Below are positions 24,990-38,407 of a stretch of 64,000 bases of DNA, one piece after another (position 1 is the first letter of the stretch; the number at the start of each line of letters is the position of its first letter). The translations under genes and the position numbers were made by a program. The notes under the pieces were generated by a model, which was not told the DNA's origin, made no database searches, and saw only the letters and a program-made list of their open reading frames with translations. This DNA is from Rhizophagus irregularis (taxonomy: Eukaryota): the NCBI RefSeq assembly GCF_026210795.1, contig NC_089435.1, forward strand, positions 3,782,001-3,846,000, in the 5' to 3' direction.

Positions 24990-27885
24990 ATGATGTTGTC
25001 ACTTAATTGTTTGATTCTAGGACAAGCTTCCGTAAGAAGTTTCACTGAAAACATTTGCGAAAAATATTACGACGATAGAAATGTTGAAATCGAATTTTCT
25101 AGATTTAATGTTTCACATTTTAAAGAGATGCTCTTTCGTAGGGAAACCATAAAAGATATAGTTCGAAATAATGAAGAAATGGATCTTTGGAAAGTTGACA
25201 GCAAGAAGGTTGATGAAGAAGAAAAAATTTACTGAAAGCGATATCAGAGAAAAACTCGGAGGCGAAGTGATGATCCCTCGATTCCCGCTTGAAGTTTATT
25301 TTAAGGCTAAGGAAATCGATGCACGGGGTATTCATATCTTCATAGTTCCCATCTCCACTCGTAAGTGTCTCCCAACGTTTTACCTCCCGAACGAGAAATT
25401 TGTAGTAACAAAACATCGGGTTTGGTCTGATCTCTTTTTTTAAATTGTTTTCAGCTGTTGGACAAAAACGACACGCAGATTCAGGTATGTTTTTGACACA
25501 ATGATGAGCTCAAAATCACTATTACTAACGGTTGATGTCATTCACCTTTTTCTAATTATAGAACCCGTTGACACAGGACCAAAGCGACTAAAAATTGTTC
25601 CGTTTCAGGATGTATTCGAAAAACTTAAAGAGAATATCCTTATTAAAGAACCCCGGAACTTTATCCTGATTCAGAGCAATATGTCGCTGGACGTTTCTAC
25701 AAAAGTAAAATACCAATTAGTGGTAAAGACTTTATAGATATGCGTCTAGATAATGAGTGTACTACTGACAGCGGCAAGTATCTTCTCGGAAAATTGAGAA
25801 ATGCACGCGAAGGTTTCTATTTACTTTATGCCATTTCCGGAGCTGGCAAAACTAGAACAATTTTCGACATTGCTATGAATAATGATGGTATCTACTAGTG
25901 TATATGGAGTGTAGGACGGCAGATTATGGCAGTTTAATTCAATTAGAACCAACAAAGGATCGTAATTTTAAAAGACTTGTTGATTCAATAAGATCAGCCT
26001 TCTCAAACCATAATTATGAACGTGCTAGAGAAGAATCAAAGCATCTCATCTGTTTAGAAATTGCTGCACGGATTTTCTACCTTATTCTTCTCAAAGAGAA
26101 GTTCCCGAATATTAACCACGTGATTACCTTGTCGCAAAAATCAATGGTGGACAAGAAAGTATCTTAACAATTAAAGATGAATTGAGGCTTGAATATGAGA
26201 ATGTCGACCTGGTATCAATTATTGAATCCGCTTTGGATTACTTGAAGGTATTAAATAATATATTAATTAAACTAATGTACATTTACTTTTGTAATAACAT
26301 TTTTAAATTATTTGTAACATAACAGAATAAATTAGTTGGCCAAAAATCACTTATTTTCGCCATTGATGAAGCCAATGTCGCCAACAAAAAACTTTTTTAT
26401 GGCGATTTTCGTAATAGTAATGGAAAACCACGCGGTTTATTAACACCAATTGTTGCGATTCTTAATTTGTTTAATATTTCAATAATAGTAGCTGGCACCT
26501 CATTTCCCTTAAACGGGACGGTGAGATCCAAGGTGGTATTGGTAGAGAAATTACTTCAGAATATTTTACTGACTTCAAAACAACAGAAAGCAAAGATGTT
26601 GTAGACTACTTAGAGCGTTATCTTGATTTACCAGACTGTGACATTAAAAAGATCGAAAATAGTAAATATCTTGTTGGTCGTCCTCGTCTGGTGGCTCGCC
26701 TTGTAAGGGAAATAATAAATGCAGAAATAGTGTCACGAGAAGACAAACAAATTGTGCTTGAAGACGCTGTAAATAAGACAGTGCAGTCTATCAAAAATGA
26801 TATGACACGCCATCTTGAAGCGATAGTAAAGGAAGCATATGAAAAGGAAGATTTGGGAAATGTAGAATTACGAAAAATCTTGATGATACTCTTTATTAAC
26901 TGCTGGTATGTTCTTATCATATTTATTGTTTATCCATAAACTGATAACTCACTATAGTAAAACAATATTTCAAGGTTCTTTGATGGATACGTATCTGAAA
27001 GTGAAATAGATGATTATTCGGCAAAATTAGTCGACTGTGGTATTGCTTCATTGAAATCAGACAAAGATAAAATATTTTGGCAAGTCAAAGAACCTTTAGC
27101 GATAGAAGTTGTTAAAGCTGTCCTTTTTTCCCGGTACAACAAACCACTGAACCGCTGATTGAGAAACTCTTATATGAATTATGGAAATCTGCTTATTATA
27201 ACGACAGCTCAAATACATCTAAAGGCATCATTTGGTCATAGGAAGATTAATGGATTTCAATAATAAAACGGTTTTTGAGTTTGTTAATGAAATTTATGGT
27301 TACGATCAACTATATCTGCCAAATTGGACTAAAAAAGCAATAATCGATATTGAATCATATGGAAATGTACAAATGTTTTCTCAACTTGATGTTAAATTGA
27401 AAGATGATGTGGATGTTATTAAGAGTCTTTTATACGAATCAATATTTTCAAAATATATGCTTGTACCTGGACATTTAGTACGTCCAGATGGTATTTATAT
27501 TAGTAAGCTAAATATAGATACTTACTGGACCTTACTCATCAGTACGAAAATGTACACCAGTAAATTGTCAGGTAAAGGTGTTGATGATGACAAAAATTCA
27601 ACAGATTGGAGTCTTCTGTATCACAAGAAGAATGGCGAAGTAACTTGTAAAAACCTAAAGGAAAGACTTGATGATGTGCGCCAAGATTTTACCTGTCAAG
27701 GTTCATTGCGAATTCATTTCATTTTACCTGGTGTAGCTCAAGAACGTACTTCAAATCAGTCAAGCCGATCAAATAGAGGTGGTTGCTTTACTGAAAATAA
27801 TGATGTCATTATGTATATTGACGAGAAATTGTTAGAACGTTATTTTAAAGGCAATTCTTACATAAAATTTAATGTAATATTCTAG
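24990..27885 (+). pseudogene. Crinkler (CRN)-type gene: ubiquitin-like N-domain + P-loop NTPase + PD-(D/E)XK REase, frameshifted
   Basis: MMLSLNCLILG..MDLWKVD..IHIFIVP (CRN header motifs); Walker A AISGAGKTR at ~25830; Walker B LIFAIDEAN at ~26350; RPDGIYI..LLISTKMY in the last ORF; several frameshifts (e.g. ~25225). Confidence 0.8.
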
Positions 27886-28099
27886 AACTTCTTATCCAAA
27901 ATATCCTACTGCGAGATAATGTAAAACAATGTATAATAGAAAAAAAAAATATAAATCAAAAAATGTGTAAGCGAAATAAATTTATTATATTAAATTGCAT
28001 GACCTGATCAAATTTTTATTTATTCATACACGAGTTAAAATTTGCCAGAAAAATTTTTATTCATACATGCAAAAATAATACTAGCCCAGAATACATGAC

Positions 28100-28700
28100 A
28101 TCTACGCTAATGTACACGATTATTTTTTCGATCGATAACCCTCTACCCTAGCCTTCTTCCTTTCTGGTTCTTCATCTACACACTCCACCCTATCCTTCAT
28201 CAACCCAACGATAACCTCAATCCGCTTCACGTTTTACGCAAATCTTTCTCTTCCTCTGATCCTTCCTTCAAAGCAGATTCGGAAAATCGAATATTAAGGG
28301 GGTCCTTGCTCATGCTTGATATCCCACCCGAGGCGAAAAGAATAAATACTACTCTCTGCGGCTGTTGTAACAATGCCGTAGATATAGTCGAAGTCTTCCC
28401 CGAACGCTTCGCCTGATTTACGTTTCCTATTCTTTTTTTTTATTAACCTGTAGAGCGTTCTCGCATTGCACCAAATTCTGAGCAAAGCCCATGGTCACTT
28501 GATGCAACTTCCCTTCCGTCATACAAATAAGTTCCTCGAGAGCCTTGATTGCGTAATCAACAAAGGTAAGCTCTTTATCAGCTATTCTTTTGACGGTTGA
28601 AATATACTCGCAACGCACGGCTTCATTGCTATCAGCAAGCATAGTCTCCATATTTCCCAACCTGCGCTTTATACATTGTACCAATTCTTCGTCGTTTCAT
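28100..28700 (-). pseudogene. REase-fold (HsdR-N/CRN C-terminal-like) gene fragment
   Basis: SNEAVRCEYIS..VDYAIKALEELICMTEGK..GFAQNLVQCE..DYIYGIVTTA split across frames. Confidence 0.65.
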
Positions 28701-30707
28701 CAATCATCAAATTATTAGTATTAGGTGCGAAAAATTTTTGTAATAATTACCAATTAAATTATCAATGCGATTATAAAAAATGAATATATTTCTATTGCCA
28801 GCAATCAAATTTACAAAAAAAAAAGACGTGAGTTTGTTGTGTTTTCTTCTTGATTAATGAGTGTTCAAATAAAAATTATTTCATATTACAATTCTTTACA
28901 TTATATCAGAGGGATAATCTTAGAATCCATTTAACACAATATCTAATTAACTATTGATAATAATTTTTTAGTAAATAATAACTTTGTGGAAGTAATTTAA
29001 TTACCGCAATTACAATTTGCCTCAAGGAGTCGATAGAACGTTTGTAATTCGTATGATGCGTGCACTTCACGTGATCACTACCTCTGACCGCTTTAATATG
29101 TGGCTGGCACAGCCATTACCCGCACAGCACGGGCGGGTTTTATATACCATGTATAAATTGTATAATGTATTAGTTGCGAAAGCGACTTCCCTTTTTTATT
29201 AATAAAGCGGAATTGAATAACGTTAAAAAGTTCGAATTTATTAGTAAAATATATGGTAACTTAGATATTGTGAAAATGAATTTCAAGATTTTCTTTTTTG
29301 ATAAATTTATAAGTTAATCGTTCTTGTTCCTCTTTACTTTGTATTTGTTCGATTATTCAAATAATCACCATTCCACTATAAGCAAAATTTTTTTTTTTTA
29401 AAAAAAAAATAAAATAAAAACGGATGAATTGAAGAGTCAAATAATTGGTACAACAAATATTGCGTAAAGTACAATAATTAAATTATCCCCGTGGCTGTGT
29501 GATTCCGGCCACATTTTATTATTTTGATCCCGGCCGAGCTAATGTATAATTAACTAATTATTTGTCGGTCCTATTCGCTTTGCGGGGCTTTGAAATCTTT
29601 TCCGTCCCCCTAGCCTGGTCAAATTTCATATTGTGTAAATAAAATAAATAATTACAATAAGATAGTTATCCTTCATATGAAAAATTTTAAATATGATGTA
29701 TATTTCTTATTATACCTTTTTCTATTTTAATTTATTAAATATGAAACTGGGGAAACTGGGGTCAGGTCCAACGTTTCAGGTGCGAGATCCCGAAACTAGT
29801 TTCGTCAACAAGTGTGAAACCGAAATTTTGTAACCTCCAAAATCTCCGTAACCTTGATTGACATATTCACAACGTGCGACGTAATATAGAATAATAATAC
29901 ATTTAAATTGAGTAATATATTATGAAATTTGAATGAAATTATTGAGGCTATATAAATTTTATGATAATAAATCATTTTAACACATTTATTGTTTTTTTTT
30001 TATGGGGAAGTTTCGGATATTGAGTAATTTATTGTTTAAGGTTTCAGGAGATTATGGAAGTTTCGGCCAAGTTCCGGAATTTGACCTCAAAAGAGAAATG
30101 ATTCGCCCAGACAACACCCTACCATAAAAACCGTAAACACCTACTTAATATACGTTTTGAATTGTGTATATTCATTATTTAAATAAAAGATGATGTAAAA
30201 ATACTTCGATTTTGACAATCACGTGACTGGAAAAAAAGGTTATGTTGTCGAAAAAAAGTTTAACACTTGTCTTTTAAAATAATACCTGATGGATTAGTAC
30301 GGAGACTAGTAACACAATTAAAGACGCAACACGTTTTTTAATTTAAAGAAATCGTCAGGAATTTCTAGATTTACGGGATGGAAAAGAACTTGTGTTACAT
30401 TCAATAAATATTTCTTTTTAAATTATCACAAATTTGAAGAAGTGATGATCAAAAAAATAGAATAGATTCATTTTAAAAAATAATATCATAAGTAAATCAG
30501 AGGATTTAAATTAGATCAACAAACGTAAGTATGTGATAACGGTAATTGAAAGAATAAAATAAATAGGCTTGCATGGATTATAAATGCCGCTCTTTAACAA
30601 GAATTAAAAATTACAGAATTTTTTTTCGATAAGCTTCTTTTTTTTACATAATTAATACATAATAATTATAGTATAATAAAAATTAAATAGCTACGAGGGG
30701 ACAAAGA

Positions 30708-31373
30708 ATGAAAAAATCATCGGTTTTATTTTCATTTATTCTTCCAATATTGTTTTATATTAGCATTGAATCTATAATTCAAGTAAATTCTTTAACTCAT
30801 ATAAATGCAAAATGTTGGGATTATTCAAATCCATTTAAACCATGGGAGAAAGATTCGTCAGTATGCTATTCACAAGGAAAAAAAAAGGAAAGGGAACATT
30901 CATTGGATGATATATCAAATAATATATTTCAGTTTGATTATAATTGTAATTTTCAAGATTTTCAAGATCGAATCTCATGTAATAAAGTAAAAGATGGAGA
31001 AATGATAAAAAATTTAATAAATTTTAATACACCAATAAAAGTTAATGTTACATTTGTCACAATATCTTTACAAGATGATGAAAATAAAATAGTAAAACAA
31101 TATCCGCAAGTATTAGTAAAACAATTTTTATTAAAACCCGAACCTCAATCATATTTTAATTGTGAAAACATTGTTAGTTTAGATTTTCAATATAATATTT
31201 TAAGCGAACTTATTCAATCTTTCACAGGTTTGGATAATCAACTTATCACTCCTGATCCAAACTTATTACTAGTAAAAAGTTCAAATCAAGTAAAAGTTAC
31301 ATCATTAACTTCTAGTTTTAACATTTTATATATATTCATTATTGCATTAATATTTTTTAGTTATACTTTTTAG
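30708..31373 (+). CDS. Secreted/membrane-anchored hypothetical protein (221 aa)
   Basis: Single ORF with N-terminal hydrophobic signal, several Cys, a YPQVLVKQ motif and hydrophobic C-terminus SSFNILYIFIIALIFFSYTF (TM or GPI signal). Confidence 0.65.
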   Translation: MKKSSVLFSFILPILFYISIESIIQVNSLTHINAKCWDYSNPFKPWEKDSSVCYSQGKKKEREHSLDDISNNIFQFDYNCNFQDFQDRISCNKVKDGEMIKNLINFNTPIKVNVTFVTISLQDDENKIVKQYPQVLVKQFLLKPEPQSYFNCENIVSLDFQYNILSELIQSFTGLDNQLITPDPNLLLVKSSNQVKVTSLTSSFNILYIFIIALIFFSYTF

Positions 31374-32961
31374 AGTTTAAATAAGGTCCAATGATCGACA
31401 TGATCATCGCACTAACATTCTATTACCAGTTATCATTTACCCTTAATAATAATATTAATAAATTACTTTTTTAGAAATTAATAATACTTTTTGTAATAAT
31501 CATTAATAATTTATCCCTTAAAAAAGTTGATTGATGGTACCAATTTTGGGGTTTAATTAAAAATAATTTCATCATTTAATTTTAAAACTTTACAAAACTT
31601 GTTATAATTAAAAATTTGGACAATAATTTTTTCCGATCGTTTCCGATCAACTTCTTCCTTGTGATCGTTGCGTAAATTTGAACTAAATTTTCCCAATTTC
31701 GGAACTTATATGGGAAATCATTCTTTTAAGCATCTTTTAAAGGGGAAATATATATTCCATTATTATAATAGCATTTATCATTAACATTTACGTAAAAATT
31801 ATGTGCTTACAGTAACGTGGAACGTGCGATAAATTTCCCAATAAAATATTCCTACGTAATAGAACTTGGTATTTTCTGCACGAAGAACTATTCAAATCCT
31901 TATTTGTTCACGATTGAGATAAAAAAAAAATTTTTTTTTCTTTACGAATTATCAATGATTATCTAAAGAAAAGAAGAAAAAAATCTTTTTTTTTTTCCTC
32001 TCACATGAAGGCACATCAAACACGGTTTATTGGAATTTAGAAGATTAACGAAGATTAGGAGATTAAAGATTTACTTCTTTAAATGCATCATGATGTGTAT
32101 CTTTCAACGATCATTTAATATGGCGTAAATTAAAATGATGTTATCCTTTTTATCTCAGATAAAAGAATCTTTTTTTTTTCGCCAAGAAAGACGAATAAGC
32201 GATTGCATTTAGAATGTTATTAATCGGTTGGCTTATAATTATCGTCTAAAATGTTACGTATCCTAAAACGCCTAGAATAGAATCATATCTCTACTTTATC
32301 GTGACCTTATCAGAAAACAACGAGGTCGTTCTAATGAAGATCATTGGTTCCTAAATTGGAAAACCCGATAAGAATAGTTTACACTACCTAGATGTTTTAT
32401 TGTTTTTATTGTTTTATTGTTTGTGTAATTATGTCATCATGCAAACTTTTTTTCATCCTTTTTAATAATCCTTTTTTCATATATACGTATATATATACAA
32501 TATATATTTACCCCCAAATTTACCTTATTAAATTCTTTTCGTCATACAATATATGAATATATATGAACCTCCTAATAGTATTGCTTTTATTTGTTTACTT
32601 TCATTTGAATTCCGATTATGATATCTTTAAACATCAACCAATCAGATTCGAAAATTATAAAATGTGTATCCCTTTATAAGAGCTATTTGCAGTAATTATA
32701 ATAAAAAAAACCCCGCTTTTCGGCTTATCGCAAAGTAATTATTAATAATTCGGGTATTATTATGAATTACGTCAAAAAAGTACATTCTCGTAAATCACTC
32801 TATCGCGTGACAGAATTCAAAAAAAAAAAATCTTTAAAAACTATCTCTTAAAATCCCCTAAATTGCAATTTTTTTTTCATTTCATTATTTTTTTTTCTTT
32901 TTATTTATCGAACACACTTGTACACACATTTTTTTCTTTTTTTTTTTAACATAAAAAAAAA

Positions 32962-34755
32962 ATGTTAGTCTCTATTAAAATATTATATTTTTCCATTTTA
33001 TTTTTCTTCCTTTTCATATTATTTGGACCCATTTCTTTTAAAAATTCTTCAAAATTAAAAAATGAACCTGAACTTCATGGAAACTTTCTTCATATAACAG
33101 ATTTTCACCCGGATCCTCACTATGTTAATAATGTTACTGCATTATCAAGATGTCATCATAAACATCTTCAAATAGCCAAGAAACCCGAACATATGTTGAA
33201 AGGAATATCTGGTCCTTGGGGTGCTCCAGCGACTGTTTGTGATTCTCCGGTTGGTCTTATAAACGCTACTTTTGAATGGTTGGAAAAAAATTGGAAAAAT
33301 AAGCTCGATTTTATTATATGGACTGGTGATAACTCTAGGTAAAATTTCTTATTTCTTTTCGTTCGTGACGTAATCTCTTTGTGTGCGCATTGATGCACGT
33401 GCCCAAGCCACAATTAAATAACCGGTTTTTTTTCTTTACTTTTTTTTTTTAACAGGCACGATAATGATGAAAAAATACCACGTTCACCTATTGAAATGTT
33501 CCGATTGAACAGATTTATAACTGAAAAATTTTTAAAAACTTTCTCAAACAAGAAAAAGCATGCACCACATTTCATTCCTATTGTACCATCAATAGGAAAC
33601 AACGATATTTTTCCTAATAATATTATTAGTGCAGGACCAAATGAACTCCTTTCAATACTTCATGAAATCTGGTCTCCTTTTATTCCTAAAGGACAACATG
33701 AAACTTTTCTTAATGGAGGATATTATTACACAGAAGTTATTCCAGGGAAACTTATCGTTGTCTCATTAAACACTTTATATTTTTATGATTCTAATACCGC
33801 AGTTAATGGATGTATTGAAGAAGGTCAACCGGGTACAATTGAAATGAAATGGTTGAATAATGTTTTGAAAGAAGCTCGCAAGAATGGAATGAAAGTTTAC
33901 TTAACGGGCCATGTTGCACCAAGGGCTAAACAATACACGATATCATGTTTTAAGAAATACGGTCAATTGTCATTAAAATATCAAGACATTATATTAGGTC
34001 ATTATTATGGTCATTCAAATATGGATCATTTCTTTTTTATTAGTTCTAGTGGGGTAAAAAAAGATAATCCTAAGGATGATGAGGAGGTACTATCAATAGA
34101 TGATGATGATTTATATGATGAAACAGAAAATGCAGAAAATGATGATGAAACCGTTGAAGATACACGCATTCATCAAGAAGGACAAGAAGAAGATGGGAAG
34201 ATTGAGACAAAGGTTAAAGATCTTAAAAAATATATGAAACAACTTCTCACACATTATCGTGCATTACCTCCTCTTACTGAAGATAATGTGAAAAATTATG
34301 CTGTTGTACATATTAACCCATCCATAATTCCTACATTCTTTCCCGCTTTGAGAATATTTAAATATAACACGACTGAGATAAAAAATGAAGTTTCTGATTT
34401 GGATGCTCCTTCACTCAAAAACACTTTTTTAACGCCTTTAGGTTACACTCAATATTTTATAAATCTAACCCATGCAAATTTGTTTCCAAACGTTACACCA
34501 GAATTCACAATCGAATACACAACATGGGATGATTATTATTTGAAAGATTTAACAATACCGAGTTGGATACGATTGGCGAGAAAAATTGTTAATGATGGAC
34601 TTAATAGCGCATTATGGGATAAAATTCAAGAATATTTATTAGTAGGAACAAGAGATTTGATTATTCGAAAGAGCAGCTCATTCCAAAAATGTTCATATTC
34701 GAAATGCCCTGCAAAAGAACCAGAAGATTATATAGCTTCGGAACTTACGTTTTAA
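32962..34755 (+). CDS. PPN1: Endopolyphosphatase (calcineurin-like metallophosphoesterase), type II membrane
   Basis: N-terminal TM; motifs FLHITDFHPDPHY, CDSP, WTGDNSR|HD (intron 33339-33455), GNND, GHVAP, GHSNMDHF and PSIIPTFFPALRIFKYN. Confidence 0.92.
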
Positions 34756-35681
34756 TGTTTATTGATTTATTTAGTAATTATTTTTTTTTTTAAAAAAAAA
34801 AAGGACACTCTTTTTCAAAATTTTTTTCAAAATTTTTTTTTCATTTGTAGATAATTATTTTATAAATATTCATCTTTTTTTTCAATGTACAGAAATTTAT
34901 TTTTTTATAATAATAATGAAAGAATATTACATTTAACAAATAATAATAATTATAATTTATCACATCAGACATAATAAAAAATAATATATAATTAATCAAT
35001 ATCAGAGCAAAAATAAAAAGCCCTGATCAAGTACATCATACAACTTCTTGATGCCTAACAATGAGATCAATGTTTTTTTATTTAAAATTAAAAATTACCA
35101 AATAACACTGATAAAGCCTTAATGCTTTTACGTTATTAATAAATAAATAACAACAAAGCCATTTTCATGATTACTTGGCCACCTTTATGATTACACCAAA
35201 CCAAATATAGTCAAGATTATAAAATTTTCATAGAATTCATAGCCACAGTAAATGATCTAATCGGTCTTGGAACTTATTTATGCGAGGATCAGGGGTGAGG
35301 CTATGAAAAATAAAAATCAAAAGCCTCATCTTATATCAATTGGAAAAGTTAAAGTTAAAAAAAAAAAATCGATCATCGAAATTCGAAAATATAATAAAAC
35401 AGTTTTAATTTCGTTCACTCATTTCACAAAACTGTGGCTTAGGAAATGAAAAACTCGAGAGTCTTTGATATCTAATTTCATGGCTTTTTAATATTTAATG
35501 GGGCAATGTTCATTTCATGAAGAGGCGAAGTTAAAATGGGCTTTGATAAATATGTCATTTTATTTTAATTCGTTTATCATTACTCTATTTTTCATATTCA
35601 TCAAAAGTGTATATAAATCTTCAACATCCCCCATGCTGAAAAGATTAAAAAAAATTTTTTCTAAAAAAAAAATAAAAAAAA

Positions 35682-36756
35682 ATGAGGCATTCTATAGTAA
35701 CTATTTTAATTATTAGCGTCTTGGTATTATTGGCAGCCATTAGCATGCCATACCCACAACAAGATGGTCCAACGCCATCACCATCTCCAGGACCACCACC
35801 AGTACCGCCAGTACCACAGAATGCAAAAGAAGCTATAGAAACTGTGAAACGTAAGTAATTTATTGAGAAATACACCTCGCTTTATATCAAAATATTAAAA
35901 TTTTATTGTGGGTAAAATAGAATTAGCTAATCCACAAAATCCAGCTGGCGGTCCACCGACTGATACTGTAAACACGGGAGAACCTGAATCCACTGGAGGT
36001 CCTGATGCTCCTAAAGGTGGTGCTCCTCCTGAAGGTCCTGGTGAAGGCCCTGAAGGTAAAGGCGGTAAAGGTCCTAAAGGCGGCAAAGGTCCTAAAGGCG
36101 GCAAAGGTCCTAAAGGCGGTGATGGTCCTACTGATGATGGCGGTAATGGTCCTAAAGGCGGTGATGGTCCTACTGATGACGGCGGTAATGGTCCTAAAGG
36201 CGGTGATGGTCCTACTGATGATGGCGGTAATGGTCCTAAAGGCGGTGATGGTCCTACTGATGATGGCGGTAATGGTCCTAAAGGCGGTGATGGTCCTACT
36301 GATGATGGCGGTAATGGTCCTAAAGGCGGTAAAGGTCCTACTGATGATGGCGGTAATGGTCCTAAAGGCGGTGATGGTCCTACTGATGATGGCGGTAATG
36401 GTCCTAAAGGCGGTGATGGTCCTACTGATGATGGCGGTAATGGTCCTAAAGGCGGTAAAGGTCCTACTGATGATGGCGGTAATGGTCCTAAAGGCGGTGA
36501 TGGTCCTACTGATGATGGCGGTAATGGTCCTAAAGGCGGTGATGGTCCTACTGATGATGGCGGTAATGGTCCTAAAGGTCCTGATGGAAAAGCTCCTCCT
36601 GACGATGGTAAAGCTCCTGGTCCTGAAGGTAAAGGTCCTGGTGATGATGGCGGTAAAGCTCCTGGAAATGATGGTGGTACACCTCCTGATAGCGGAACAC
36701 CTCCTGATGGTTCTCCTACTTCTCCAACTGACACCCCTCCAGCTGAAACTAACTAG
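35682..36756 (+). CDS. Secreted Gly/Pro/Asp/Lys-rich tandem-repeat protein (AGL-like/collagen-like)
   Basis: Signal peptide MRHSIVTILIISVLVLLAAIS, intron 35851-35920, then 11 copies of GPKGG(D/K)GPTDDGGN. Confidence 0.85.
36106..36567 (+). repeat. 42-bp coding minisatellite x11
   Basis: ggtcctaaaggcggtgatggtcctactgatgatggcggtaat repeated almost identically. Confidence 0.95.
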
Positions 36757-37690
36757 TGTGATTTTAATGCATAAATAGAAATTAGAATATTTTATAATCG
36801 TGTATTCTCATTATACATTATTTATTTATTTTATCGAATTTTGTTTTGTTAATTAACTTTTTGTGTATATAATTTATTCCCCCTAAATACGCATTTCTCT
36901 TTTTTACTGTGTATTTACCTTTTGTATTTATTGTTTTTTTTTCTTTTTTTAAGACATTGTTTAATCAATTTTTTATTAAAAAAAATAAATTTATTTATTG
37001 AAAAATAAATTAATAACAACTAATGTGAGATTTATTATAATGATATCTCAGTTTTTTTTCTCGATAAAATCGATAAAATCGATGATCATCTTACGATCTG
37101 CTCACTTCTTACGTGACTCATTTATAATTGTTTTTTTTGAACTGGGTTTAGCTTGAATGTTAATTAAATACTAGTTATGGCGTTATATAAAAAAAAAAAA
37201 AATATCTTTTGGGTCGTAGATTTTTAATAAATATTTTACTGCGCCAGATGTCCATGAATGTGTAATAATTATGTCATAATTTATAAATTAGGATAAGGAT
37301 TGAGATTGGATTGGACAAAGTTTTGTCGTCAAAATATTGTTCTTTTCGTTTCGTATTACTTATATTTATATAATAAAAGACCATATCTTATAATTATATA
37401 AGAAGTCATATATTTTTGAATAAAAAGGAGTTCTATAATTGGTAATAAAAATCCTCAAAAAATAATTTGAATATGGGTATATGTATATATATTAAAGTGA
37501 TGTAATGATTGCTCATGAAAAAAAAAGTTATAAAAAAAATATTTTTTTGACCTTCTGAAACAATTTTTATTTTTCCAAAATATTAAAATTATAAATGTAT
37601 TATATATTATATTATACAATTATTTATTTATTTTAAAGTATTTATTATATACATATTTATTTATATTTTTATTGGTTTTTATTTTTGATC

Positions 37691-38407
37691 ATGTCCTTAT
37701 TACTATTACCTAACGAAACATTATTAAATGTATTTCTAAAGTTAATTGAAATGGGAGGGTTAGTTATTCTTTATTTGATTCTCAACTATTAAAAACAACA
37801 TTAACAAACTTAAAATAATATAATTATTAGAATACGAGATGTTTTTCGCGTTCAACGTGTTTGCAAATTATGGAGGTCGTTATCACCTGCGGCTATTGTT
37901 GACGCATTTAAAGAAGGAAAACTTCGAGATGGATGGAAAAGTAGTGTAAGCCAAAGTATTATTTATATATTATATATATATTATATATATATTATTATAT
38001 ATAATTATGTATTGATTCATTTTTCTTCCCTTCTTTTTAAGGTTACGTTACAAGATCATTATAAAGAAAATTATTCTTTCATAGGATGTTTTAATATTGA
38101 TATAAAATTAAAATCTTATGATGAAGAAAGAAAGATGGTTCAATTTGAACTTGAAGATATAATAATAATTAAGAATGAAGCAATGAAAAGACATCTCAAT
38201 ACATTTATGAATGTTGATCTTAATATATTTGATCATATTTTTAATACAGGATGTAAAGAAATTGAAATAATTTTAATTAAAAAAGATAAATTAAGATATA
38301 AAAAATGTTATAAAAACGAGAGTGGTAAACAAGTTAAAGTAGAAAATACATTAACCTATTCACAAGCTCCTGTTAACGCTCTTATTAAAGTACTTTTAAC
38401 TAATTAA
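37691..38407 (+). CDS. F-box domain protein, 3 exons
   Basis: MSLLLLPNETLLNVFLKL..|IRDVFRVQRVCKLWRSLS fits the F-box consensus LP.E....F..L....V..VCK.W; GT-AG introns lead into ORF 38012-38407. Confidence 0.75.

Noticed and set aside
35895..36778. Antisense Pro-rich ORF and VLLMMAVM frame
   Set aside because: Artefacts of the 42-bp repeat; the spliced signal-peptide exon joins the GPKGG frame
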